A stretch of DNA of 64,000 bases from a virus. Both the position numbers and the translations under genes were made by a program. Below the pieces are notes generated by a model. That model worked only from the letters and a program-made list of their open reading frames with translations, ran no database searches and had not been told where the DNA came from. Shown one piece after another: positions 36,701 through 46,800 of the stretch. Position 1 is the stretch's first letter. Each line of letters begins with the position of its first letter. The stretch lies in the IMG/VR virus record IMGVR_UViG_3300023109_001684; one strand, given 5' to 3'.

Positions 36701-37362
36701 ATCCTTTTAAGCAAGTACGTAAAGAAGGGCGAGTTACAGACGATTGGACAGATATGCCATTAGACGGAACAGGATCAGCTATGGTAGCACTAGCAGCAAA
36801 ACACGGTCTTGGATGGGGAGGAAACTGGGCTAGTTCAACTGATGCTATGCATTTTAGTGCTGGTCCTAATGAACAAGGAACTTTTGATTATCCTAAAGAC
36901 GGTACAATACCTAGATTTCAACCTTCTAATGTAAACGTAGATACTACAGATGAGGCTAGAGCACAAAGAACAAATGCTGAGTCAACAGCTCCGCCTGATA
37001 ATCCGGATGCTAATGATCCAAGAGGTAAAGGTCAAACAAATACTCCACCTCCTGCTAATACAGTAGATAGCACAGATGATGCTAGAGCACAAAGAACAAG
37101 CGGAACTGCTCCAGTAACCACTAACCCAGCAGCACCGGTAGCAAATAATGTAAGTAATACTAATCAGGTATCAGGTAATGATTTAAGACCCTACTTACCG
37201 TTAGTTCCACAAGACAACAGATACGATTTTAGAACTGGAGATAAAATACGTTCTTTAATAGCAAATATGCAAACTAATACACAAACTAATACACAAACTA
37301 ATACACAACAAGAATCAAGCGCACCTCCAGCAAATGATTACGATAGTACAGGACCACAATAA
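33718..37362 (+). CDS. Baseplate hub protein (gp27/VgrG-N-like) fused to an M15-family peptidoglycan peptidase (1214 aa)
   Basis: I.GDPYY and FSGVYKV..V.S...F.QTL hub motifs; GGYR...SWHNAGLAIDIN...WGGNW...DAMHF zinc-peptidase motifs. Confidence 0.75.
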   Translation: MINPKIIQEAKTDLLAKANGVTDTATNLLSSGSLAQLKIGMDNGIKDASNQVRNIANGIAGDIDIPSLKNLTNIDPALASIFPSGLNSFAQGFGASLLDRVDSLDKDIASLTGQLNQAIDLGVGIENALAQGSLGAIASAAGINLDIPYVNKTPGSEVGSTSKSEQKPAGISKDEFLPNQLRKYASFNTIFQFGAISANSINFPDTTYLVRGADVSILRSGGGGIDNKRVMTIYDALGQSNGLPGNLEYFIDDFELEALIAPNKTSGMAQAMPFSFKVHEPYSMGLFLQSLQAAALESGFANYLKAPFMLEIDFIGWDDEGNAELVEKANRKIPMSLVSITFDVERAGSVYEVHAVPWNEVALMDEIQTLPAPAQIVGTTLLEALSLGEQSLTTIINSALEKVASAKNISATDYYMIRFPTKRTSQNGLQSSNIGSSAVNQATTSELEEARTRLGAELQEVVDGQLTGFFNSVGTGTSGSALFENLKSTAVSDVSSIGASLLKFPNTQQNSPFGLDRYTYDSEAGVYNRAGVEISNVGGAPAFTFDTGASIQTIIEELVTISSFGREAIEYADREGMIRWYKIEPQCFIIPDKQIEQETGKPARIFVFNIVPYEVHSSVFPAPNTSHSAEERKKQIVKEYNYIYSGANEDVLGFDIKFNAAFFEAIQGDFGELSAGEQTRNTENIVAANGIPAYNIKLGGNGVPETVVQPQNTALTYVGGSYNLDRGAALAKQFQRALLDSDVDLIVAELEIWGDPYYLPSSGLGNYNAANSGQTTSLTVDGSLDYQRSEVDILINFKTPIDYGPDGYAIFPGGELATQSVGQFSGVYKVLKVVSSVRENMFVQTLSLIRRKNQEDYSNIIPSSGADAVGEDQNAQSLNSGNEQPRPETVGQDSSNGGSAGTPTPTNPSGAGDTTDLTEIRSASGQRALVAKVMAPNFQALVDELESEYGYDIRSMGGYRNPAVAGINNGDGTYSRTTYSWHNAGLAIDINPAENPFKQVRKEGRVTDDWTDMPLDGTGSAMVALAAKHGLGWGGNWASSTDAMHFSAGPNEQGTFDYPKDGTIPRFQPSNVNVDTTDEARAQRTNAESTAPPDNPDANDPRGKGQTNTPPPANTVDSTDDARAQRTSGTAPVTTNPAAPVANNVSNTNQVSGNDLRPYLPLVPQDNRYDFRTGDKIRSLIANMQTNTQTNTQTNTQQESSAPPANDYDSTGPQ
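37270..37308 (+). repeat. Three tandem 12-bp repeats (caaactaataca; QTNT)
   Basis: Directly visible. Confidence 0.9.
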
Positions 37363-39788
37363 TGGCAGTAAGTAGAAGGACAAATCAAAACGTACTTGCA
37401 AATGAAATTGCTACCCACGGAAACGGTCCGTTTGAAGCAATTGTAGTTAGTACACTTGATCCTAATTATCAAGGCGGATTATTAGTTGATATTCTAAGAA
37501 GAAGCGATGCCGGTAGTATACCAGAAAAAATAGGTAATAGTATTGAAGCAAGATATCTATCACCGTTTTACGGAACTACAGGATTTCAGCATACACAGGG
37601 TAATGACGGATATAGTTCAACACAAAAAAGTTATGGTTTTTGGGCAGTGCCACCGGACCCGGGAACACGAGTATTAGTTTTATTTGTAAACGGTGATATT
37701 TCTCGTTGTTATTGGATTGGCTGTATACAAGATGCATATATGAATTTTATGGTTCCTGATGGCCGTGCAAGTACTGAAATAACAACAGATGCAACTCCAA
37801 GTAATTTAAAAGGATCTAAATTACCCGTAGGTGAATACAATAAAAAAATTGAAACCGGAACTCGTGCAGATCCTACTAAATTCAAAAAACCTTACAATAA
37901 AGATTTTACTCAAGTTTTAGAAATACAAGGACTTATTCAAGACGAAGCAAGAGGATTAACAACTACTAGTGCTAGAAGAGATTTACCTAGTAGTGTATAT
38001 GGATGGAGTACGCCAGGACCGATTGATAAACGTAACGGCGCACCAAAAGGGCAATCAGGCCAACTAGATGCAAGATCAAATAGATTTGTAAACCGCTTAG
38101 GTGGTGCATCGATAGTTATGGACGACGGCGACGATAAACTTTTAAGAAAAACAACAGCTGAACAAGGTCCACCTTCGTATGTAAATGTAGAAGGCGGCGA
38201 AACAGGCGGCGATCCTACACTTCCTCAAAATGAACTAACAAGACTTAGAACACGTAGCGGTCATCAAATACTAATGCACAATACAGAAGATTTCATTTAC
38301 ATTGGTAATTCACGAGGAACAGCGTGGATAGAATTATCAAGCGATGGTAAAATTGATGTATATGCTAATGATAGTGTAAGCATTCACAGCGACAATGATC
38401 TAAACTTTACAGCCGATCGCGATGTAAATATCGAAGGCGGAAGAAATGTTAATATACGAGCTAGTGCAAGATTTTCAGATGGTTTATCTACAGGCGGAAC
38501 AAGCGGCAATGTACAAATAGAAAGCAAGAACGATATGAATCTTCGTGCTGACGAAAACATGAAAATTCACGTTGAATCTAATAGAGATGATTATACTAAA
38601 GGAACACACAACTCTCATGTAATAGGAGAAATTAACACTACTACTGATGCATCGTTTAAACTACATGCTACAGGAGGCACAGTAGATTTAAAAGCAAGCG
38701 GAGACATTAATGCAGAAGCAACAAGCGGAAATATTAATGTAAAAGCAAGCGCAAAAGTTAGCTTAGGAGCTGGCACAAACATAGACTTACAAGCCGACAC
38801 ACAATTAGCAGGAGATGCTACTACAATATATTGGAATAGTGGTCAGTCAGCCGCAGCAGGTAGTGCAAATGATCCTGCAGACGCAACAGAAGTAGCACTA
38901 CTTAAAACTCATGGATTGCCGGTTACTAATCCTGGAGTGTTTACGCCAGATGATGTAAACACTATAGTAAGAAGAATGCCAAGTCATGAACCTTGGAGCC
39001 AACATGAAAATTTAGATCCGTTAAAATTCAAGAAAGCGGAAACCGATCAACAAAATACTTCACCGTTTATTGATACTATCAATATTAGAACTCCTGACAC
39101 TTTCCAAAAGAGTGGGGCAGGAGGAACTCGAGAAGCAGGCGGATTTGGTGCAGCACCAAGTGTAAACGGAACAGCGCCGGTTACAGTAACACCTGATTAT
39201 AGTAGTGTTGGACCAGGCGGAGATTTATTGAATATAATTGCACAAGCTGAATCTGGAGCAAATTATGATACTGTGTTTAGTAATAGCAAGATTACTACAA
39301 AAGAATATTTAGGAAAAGACTTATCTGCATGTACTATTACAGAAGTTCTACAATGGGGAGATCATAGCACAGATGTACTAGGTAGCGCAAGTAGTGCAGC
39401 AGGTAAGTATCAAATCATTAGAAGTACATTACGTAGTCTAGTAGCAGAAGGTGCTGCAAGTGTAGATGAAGTGTATAATGCGGAAGTACAAGATAGATTA
39501 GCTAATGCTCTATTAAGACGCAGAAGAATTGCCCAATATATTGCTGGTTCGATTACGGAAGCTAGATTTGCAATTAATATAGCACAAGAATGGGCATCGA
39601 TGCCAGTGTGTAGTAGAACACAGGGCAAGTTCCGTATGGTCAATGCAGAAGAAAGTTACTATGCAGGCGACGGACTAAACAAGTCTCTTGTTGCAACAAA
39701 TACAGTTATTGCTGCTATCAGAGCATTACGTCCAGCACCTAACGATCAAGCCGGCGCACCGCCAACAAGAAATTCAGGTCCGCAGTAA
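37362..39788 (+). CDS. gp5: Baseplate central spike, gp5/VgrG-like, with C-terminal lysozyme-like domain (808 aa)
   Basis: OB-fold motif PPD.G.RVLV.F..GD....YWIG; RTRSGH; beta-helix repeats; C-terminal ES...Y...AAGKYQII...QD...EWASMP lysozyme-like motifs. Confidence 0.8.
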   Translation: MAVSRRTNQNVLANEIATHGNGPFEAIVVSTLDPNYQGGLLVDILRRSDAGSIPEKIGNSIEARYLSPFYGTTGFQHTQGNDGYSSTQKSYGFWAVPPDPGTRVLVLFVNGDISRCYWIGCIQDAYMNFMVPDGRASTEITTDATPSNLKGSKLPVGEYNKKIETGTRADPTKFKKPYNKDFTQVLEIQGLIQDEARGLTTTSARRDLPSSVYGWSTPGPIDKRNGAPKGQSGQLDARSNRFVNRLGGASIVMDDGDDKLLRKTTAEQGPPSYVNVEGGETGGDPTLPQNELTRLRTRSGHQILMHNTEDFIYIGNSRGTAWIELSSDGKIDVYANDSVSIHSDNDLNFTADRDVNIEGGRNVNIRASARFSDGLSTGGTSGNVQIESKNDMNLRADENMKIHVESNRDDYTKGTHNSHVIGEINTTTDASFKLHATGGTVDLKASGDINAEATSGNINVKASAKVSLGAGTNIDLQADTQLAGDATTIYWNSGQSAAAGSANDPADATEVALLKTHGLPVTNPGVFTPDDVNTIVRRMPSHEPWSQHENLDPLKFKKAETDQQNTSPFIDTINIRTPDTFQKSGAGGTREAGGFGAAPSVNGTAPVTVTPDYSSVGPGGDLLNIIAQAESGANYDTVFSNSKITTKEYLGKDLSACTITEVLQWGDHSTDVLGSASSAAGKYQIIRSTLRSLVAEGAASVDEVYNAEVQDRLANALLRRRRIAQYIAGSITEARFAINIAQEWASMPVCSRTQGKFRMVNAEESYYAGDGLNKSLVATNTVIAAIRALRPAPNDQAGAPPTRNSGPQ

Positions 39789-39797
39789 GGAAAAATT

Positions 39798-40244
39798 ATG
39801 AGTACATTAGAGAAAAATTTATATAAGCGTGTAAATGTAAAAACAGCACAGTCGGTAGAAACACCGGCAAGTAATGCTGCATATAGAAGTATATCTACAG
39901 TTAACCCAGAAAATGATGGATTTAGATTATATGATCTTGCAGTTATAAAACAGGATATTATTAATCACTTTCATATACGGCAAGGTGAAAAATTAGAAAA
40001 TCCTGAATTTGGCACAATTATATGGGACGTAATTTTTGATCCACTAACTGATTCCTTAAAAGCTGCTATTACAAAAAATATAGAAGATATTATTAACTAT
40101 GATCCTAGAGTTAACGTAGATCAAGTTATTGTATCAGAGTACGAAAGTGGAATACAAATTGAATGTGTATTGATTTATTTGAACTACAGTATTGCAGAAA
40201 CTATGCGATTACAGTTTGATCAATCTAACGGGTTATTGAGCTAA
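39798..40244 (+). CDS. gp25: Baseplate wedge/sheath initiator, gp25-like (148 aa)
   Basis: GEKLENPEFGT.IW..IFDP and YDPRV motifs. Confidence 0.9.
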   Translation: MSTLEKNLYKRVNVKTAQSVETPASNAAYRSISTVNPENDGFRLYDLAVIKQDIINHFHIRQGEKLENPEFGTIIWDVIFDPLTDSLKAAITKNIEDIINYDPRVNVDQVIVSEYESGIQIECVLIYLNYSIAETMRLQFDQSNGLLS

Positions 40245-40271
40245 GAAATAAAATACGTAGTTTACAAATCA

Positions 40272-40279
40272 AATAAATA
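40272..40279 (+). promoter_or_regulatory. T4-type late promoter (AATAAATA)
   Basis: Upstream of the gp6-like gene SD. Confidence 0.6.
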
Positions 40280-40300
40280 CAGTATAACAGAGGAACGCAA

Positions 40301-43300
40301 ATGTCAGCAACAGATAGACAGAATAGATTACTAGTTGCGGAAGATTGGAAACGTGTATACCAAACTTTCCGTAATGCAGATTTCCAAAGCTACGACTTTG
40401 ACAATCTACGCAGAACAATGATTAATTATCTCAGGAGAAATTATCCTGAAGACTTTAACGACTACATTGAAAGTTCAGAATATCTTGCATTAATTGACCT
40501 CATTGCGTTCTTAGGTCAAAATCTTGCATTCCGTATTGATCTAAATGCACGTGAAAACTATCTTGAATTAGCAGAGCGTAGAGAAAGCATCTTACGTCTT
40601 GCACGTTTGTTATCGTATAATCCAAAACGTAATCAAGCAGCCAACGGGTTGTTAAAGTTTTCTGCTATTAAAACAACAGAAGATGTATTAGATAGTAATG
40701 GAGTTAACCTTGCTGGGCAAACTATTGAATGGAATGACAGCACAAACGCAAACTGGTATGAACAATTTATTAAAATAATGAATACGTCTTTACCAGTAAA
40801 CGGAGTATTTGGAAGACCTAATAAAAAAGAAGATGTAAACGGAATTTCTACAGAGCAATATAGAGTAAACGGTATAAACACTAATGTTCCGGTATATAGT
40901 TTTAATAAAGCTATTGAAGCAAAGTCTACTCCGTTTCAAGTTGTAAGTACTGATATTAATGATGGTGATATACAAGAAGAACCACCAATTCCGGGTAACA
41001 ACTTTGCATTCCTATATAGAGATGACGGCCAAGGTGCTGGTAGTTCAAATAGTGGATTTTTTGCACACTTTAGACAAGGTGTTTTAAACACTGGTGATTT
41101 TAGTATATCACAACCAACTTCAAATCAAACAATTGCAATTGACTCAACAAACATAAACAATAGCGATGTTTGGTTATACAAACTAGACGCTAATGGAAAT
41201 GAAAACGAATTTTGGACCAAGCTAGATGCTGTTGAAGGTAACAACATTATCTATAATAGTTTAAGTAAAAAAATACGTAATGTCTATAGTGTAACAACTA
41301 GAGTAGATGATAGAATAAATTTAATTTTTAGCGATGGTGTATTTGGCAATTTACCTAAAGGTAATTTTAAGATTTATTACAGAACTAGTGGTAATAGAAA
41401 AATGATTATTTCACCACAGTCTGTTAATGGTGTTGAAATTGATATTAGTTATCTAAGTAAAGCCGGCAAAGTGCATACATTAACTCTTACACTTGGATTA
41501 GAATATACTGTAAGCAACAGTGAAACTAGTGAAACTAATGAAAGTATAAAAAGAAGTGCTCCGTCGACATACTATACTCAAAATAGAATGATCACAGGAG
41601 AGGACTATAACATAGGTCCACTTGGAGTAAGCCAAGATATTGTAAAAGTTAAAAGTGTTAACCGTACATCAAGCGGGATATCAAGATATTTTGATTTAAT
41701 TGATGCTACTGGAAAATACTCTAACACTAACTTATACGGAAATGACGGTATAGTTTATAAACAAGAAATTACAGGCAAGACAAATTTTACATTTGATACC
41801 CAAACAGATATTGAAGGCGTAATTATTAATTCTATTGAGCCAATATTAACTGATAAAAAAGTAAAACATTTTTACTTAGACAAATTATCAACAGTTAATA
41901 CTATTGATCTAGGAGTATACTGGAATAGTGTGAGTCGTGATGTTAATACATTTACAGGATTTTTTGATGACATTGATAATCAAACATTTCAAGTTGGCGG
42001 ATTCACAGCAACCTCATTGCGTTATGTTGAACCAGGCGCTGTAATTAAATTTATAGCACCGCCACTACAAGACGGGACTCCGCAACACTTTATGGCAGAC
42101 GGAACAATTATGTCTGGTTTAGCAGATCACCCAGGATCAAGAGAATACATTTGGACCAAAGTAATACAAGTACAATCAGATGGCATTACATCTACAGATA
42201 CTAATCTTGGTGCGATTACACTAAGTGATGATATACCGACAGGGGCACAGTTGTCGCAAGTGCGTCCAAAGTTAGCAACTAGTTTATTAGATGACGTAAA
42301 GACTGAAATTATAGATCAAACATTTGCTTATAATGATTTTGGATTACGTTATGATCGCAATCTTAGACAGTGGCGACTAATAAAAGAAACTAATATTAAT
42401 AAAAGAAATAACTTTTCTTCAGGATTTACAGGTGATTTAAGTAATCAAAATCTTGACTCAAGTTGGATAATTCTTTTTGAAACTGATGGTGAAATTTATA
42501 CAGTAACTTATAGAATGTTAAGATATGTATTTGAAAGCGATAAAGAAATAAGATTTTGGTATGACGATAATGATAAAATATTTGATGCAAAGACTGGTAA
42601 ACTTATTAAAGATAAAATTAGTGTATTAAGTATTAATACTAGACCAGGCAGCATTAATAATTTTTCAAGAACATTTGATTGGGAAACTTTACAAGAATAT
42701 AGAGATGCTGAAGGATACATTGATAGTACTAAAATAGAAGTAACTTTTGCTAACTCTGACAATGATGACACAATTGATGATCCAGAATTATTTGAGCAGT
42801 ACTGTATTGATCCAGATATAAATGCAGATACGCCATATGTATTTTTAGAAAAATATAGAACACAAGCAGGCACTGAAGATTTTAGATACATTTCTAAAAC
42901 TGATCTTAATGTACACGTAGTTGACGTTAGTCCTACAAAATACGATGGACCTGTAGGTGCTTATAGTCAGTACGATGACGGTCAGTTATTTTACTTCCAT
43001 GAAACAAATACATTTAAAACATTAGTATCAAGTGTTCCTGAATTAAGACTTACTGCTAATTACAGAGCATTTGTTGGTAGAGATGAAATTAAATTCCAGT
43101 ATGTGCATGTAGCAGATACTAATGCAAGAATTGATCCAAGTGCAAGTAACTTAATTGATAGTTTCTTATTAACTAAAGAGTATGATAGACAATTTAGATT
43201 GTATCTAGATGGTCAACTAAACTCTAAACCATTGCCTCCTAGTTCCGACGAATTGTATAGAAGCTACGGTGCAGAACTAAACAAAATTAAATCTATTAGT

Positions 43301-43828
43301 GATGAAATAATTTATCACCCAGTAAAATACAAACCGTTGTTTGGAAACTATGCAAACAGTGACTTACAGGCTACGTTCAAATTAGTTAAGAATAAAGATC
43401 AAGTATTAAATGATAACGATATAAGAACACGAGTTATTGATGCAATTAATCAATACTTTGCATTAGAAAACTGGGAATTTGGCGATACATTTTATTTCCA
43501 AGAACTAGTAACATATGTAATGAGTAGGCTTGCTCCAGATTTAGTTACAATGTTAATTGTTCCGAAACAATCAAGTCAGACATTTGGTAGTTTATTTGAA
43601 ATAAAGTCTGAATCAGATGAAATTTTTATAAACTCAGCAACAGTTGCAGACGTAGAGTTAATAGATGAAATTACTGCTACTAGATTAAATGCTACTGGTA
43701 ACGTAATTACAAGTTCGTCGTTATCCCAAAATACAGGAATAACAAGCGCATCAGCTACACCAACAAGTAGTTCTAATACATCAAGCAGCTCATCAGGTAG
43801 TTCCAGTAACGGAGGATATAGTTACTAA
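40301..43828 (+). CDS. gp6: Baseplate wedge protein, gp6-like (1175 aa)
   Basis: DFD.LR, F.DY.ESS, A.RRES..RLA..L.Y.PKR, E..ESIK..AP..Y..QNRM.T.EDY motifs. Confidence 0.88.
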   Translation: MSATDRQNRLLVAEDWKRVYQTFRNADFQSYDFDNLRRTMINYLRRNYPEDFNDYIESSEYLALIDLIAFLGQNLAFRIDLNARENYLELAERRESILRLARLLSYNPKRNQAANGLLKFSAIKTTEDVLDSNGVNLAGQTIEWNDSTNANWYEQFIKIMNTSLPVNGVFGRPNKKEDVNGISTEQYRVNGINTNVPVYSFNKAIEAKSTPFQVVSTDINDGDIQEEPPIPGNNFAFLYRDDGQGAGSSNSGFFAHFRQGVLNTGDFSISQPTSNQTIAIDSTNINNSDVWLYKLDANGNENEFWTKLDAVEGNNIIYNSLSKKIRNVYSVTTRVDDRINLIFSDGVFGNLPKGNFKIYYRTSGNRKMIISPQSVNGVEIDISYLSKAGKVHTLTLTLGLEYTVSNSETSETNESIKRSAPSTYYTQNRMITGEDYNIGPLGVSQDIVKVKSVNRTSSGISRYFDLIDATGKYSNTNLYGNDGIVYKQEITGKTNFTFDTQTDIEGVIINSIEPILTDKKVKHFYLDKLSTVNTIDLGVYWNSVSRDVNTFTGFFDDIDNQTFQVGGFTATSLRYVEPGAVIKFIAPPLQDGTPQHFMADGTIMSGLADHPGSREYIWTKVIQVQSDGITSTDTNLGAITLSDDIPTGAQLSQVRPKLATSLLDDVKTEIIDQTFAYNDFGLRYDRNLRQWRLIKETNINKRNNFSSGFTGDLSNQNLDSSWIILFETDGEIYTVTYRMLRYVFESDKEIRFWYDDNDKIFDAKTGKLIKDKISVLSINTRPGSINNFSRTFDWETLQEYRDAEGYIDSTKIEVTFANSDNDDTIDDPELFEQYCIDPDINADTPYVFLEKYRTQAGTEDFRYISKTDLNVHVVDVSPTKYDGPVGAYSQYDDGQLFYFHETNTFKTLVSSVPELRLTANYRAFVGRDEIKFQYVHVADTNARIDPSASNLIDSFLLTKEYDRQFRLYLDGQLNSKPLPPSSDELYRSYGAELNKIKSISDEIIYHPVKYKPLFGNYANSDLQATFKLVKNKDQVLNDNDIRTRVIDAINQYFALENWEFGDTFYFQELVTYVMSRLAPDLVTMLIVPKQSSQTFGSLFEIKSESDEIFINSATVADVELIDEITATRLNATGNVITSSSLSQNTGITSASATPTSSSNTSSSSSGSSSNGGYSY

Positions 43829-46800
43829 TGGCTTATAATAAAAATCAATCGCAGAGTCCAGTACCGTTAAATTCTAATGAAAATAGAAAAAGTGTAGATC
43901 TTTTACCTAAATATTTTAGAACAAATGCAAATCAAAAAATACTTTCTAGTACAATTGATCAAATGTTACAACCAGGTGTTGCAACTAAAGTTGAAGGGTA
44001 TTATGGAAGAAAGACTGCTAAAAGTTTTAGAGCTAACGACACTTACATAAATGATGTAAGTGAGCAACGTCAAAATAGACAACTTGAACCAGCAGCAGTT
44101 GTAACTGATGATTTAGGCAATGTACAATTTTATAAAGACTATCCTGATTATATAAACCAAATATCAAACTTTAATGGTAACGTTAGTAATCAAAGTTTAT
44201 TAAACTCGCAAGAATACTATTCATGGAACCCAAATATTGATTGGGATAAGTTTGTTAATTTCCGTGAATACTATTGGTTACCGTACGGAGCACAGACAGT
44301 TAATGTTGCAGGCGAAAACAACACAGTACAAAGTACATATGTTGTAACCGCAGAAGAACAAGACGATAATACAGTTTATTTGTTTTCTCCTCCTGGCTTT
44401 ACACCTAATCCTGATCTTAGACTTTTTAGAGGTCAGAAATATATCTTTGAAATTAATACTCCAGGACATCCATTTAGTTTTAACACTAATCTAAACTTTG
44501 CAGATGTTCAGTATGAAATAGAAATTGACAATACTGGGACCTACCGATTACTTACAGCAGAATCAGCAGGTGAAAGTATAAGTTCAGTATATATTGAAAG
44601 TATGAAAGCATTTGATTTAGATGGAAATGAAATTCCACCTGTAAATGTTGAAGAAGGAACAATAGAACTTACTGTTGCTTACGAAGCACCTGATAGATTA
44701 TATTATGCAAGTAAAACTAGCATTAATACTAGCGGGCTAGTAAAAGTATTTGATATTGAAGAAAACACAAGTATTGATATTAATGATATTATTGGAAAGA
44801 AAACTTATAGAAGTGCCAATGGTGTTGAATTTACAAATGGATTAAAAGTTGAGTTTGTAGGAGAAGTATCTCCTACACAGTATGCAACAGGCGCTTGGTA
44901 TGTTGAAGGCGTTGGTGAAAAAATTAAATTAATTAATGAAGATAATTTAACTATTCCTGCTGCATATGTAGACGATATCCAAATTGAATTTGATTCCGAA
45001 GGTTTTGATCGTATGCCTTTTGAAAATGCAAATAGTTTTGCTGGAGTAAAAGATTATATTGTAATTAATAGATCTAGCGTAGATAGAAATCCTTGGAGCA
45101 GATATAATAGATGGTTCCACAGAGATGTAATAGAAAAAAGTGCAGAATACAATGGACAACCAGCAGTAATTGATCAAACTTTTAGAGCCACACGTCCTAT
45201 TATTGAATTTGAAGCAGGATTAAAGTTATACCAATATGGTACACAGGCAAAAAATGATATTGATTTAATTGATACTATTACAAAGGATGTTTTTAGTACT
45301 ATTGAAGGATCGTTAGGATATAATATTGATGGCGTAGATATATCAGAAGGTATGCGTATATTGTTTGCTGCCGATACTGACATATTAGTAAAAAATAAAA
45401 TATATAAAGTTAATTTTATAACAGTTCAAGATAAAGGACGTATAATAAGTTTAATTGAAGAAGCTGATACTACTCCTTTAGAAAATGAAACACTATTAAT
45501 AACAAATGGCACTTTACAAAAAGGTACATCTTGGTATTATGACGGAACAGACTGGAAACAAGGTCAAGATAAAACTGCTACAAATCAGCAACCGCTATTT
45601 GACTTATTTGACGATACTGGCAATAGTATATCAGATAAAGAATTATATACGTCGAGCGATTTTACAGGTAATAGTATTTTTTCTTATGTGCAAAATACAC
45701 AAGAAGCAACAGATAGCGAATTAGGTTTTGGATTATCTTATAAAAATATAGAAAATCTCGGCGACATACTTTTTGACTTTTCGTTGATAACTGAAAGTTA
45801 TACATACCAAAATAATACTGTATTATCCACAATAAAAAGTAATGCACTATATCTAAAGAAATTTAGAGATAGAACAAATTTTACTAATCAGAATGGATGG
45901 AGTAAGGGTAGAAAATTAAGCCAACAAGCAGTTATTAGACAATACATTGCAGGTGATCAAGTTAATAATTTTGCAGTTGACGTTTTTGATAACAGCGGCT
46001 TATTGTTAGATTTAGATGTAAAAGTAATTTTAAATAATAATATTCAAAAGAAAGATTTACATTATACAATAGACATTATTAATGATGTAGCATTTATAAG
46101 ATTTGAAAATGATTTATCTGTAGATGACGTTTTACAATTAAATTGTTATAGTTCTGCAACTGCAAATAGTAACGGCTATTATGAGCTTGCTCATAACTTA
46201 GAAAGAAATCCATTAAACGATGATATGGCAAGCTTTACTTTAGGTGAAGTTATTGATCATGTTGGTACTATTGTACAAAACACTAACCAATATAACGGTA
46301 ATGTATACCCTGGATCAAGCAACTTGCGAGATTTAGGCGATGTTGATAGATTTGGTACTAGATTTGTAAAACATAGTGGCCCTATCAATTTACCATTATT
46401 CCATATTACTAATAAAGAAGCAAATGTAGTAAAGGCTATAAGATATTCTAGATTAGAATATGCAAAATTTAAAAGATTGTTTTTACAAACTGCAAATAAT
46501 TTAGGTTATGACGGTCCAGTAAAACAGACTGTAGATAAAATATTCTCTACTATAAATGCAGAAAAAAATGACAGTATGCCATTTTATTTTACAGATATGG
46601 TACCGGTATCAGGATACTTACGTACTGAACATAATGTAAGTTCAAGCGATACAAATTATTATGCACTAAATGAAATTTTTAGTATAACATCGTTAACTGA
46701 AAAAGCAGTGTTAGTATACCTTAATGGATTACAATTAACACATGGTAAAGATTATACATTTAACGATGAAGGTTTTGTTAATATTACAGCTACTAAAGCA

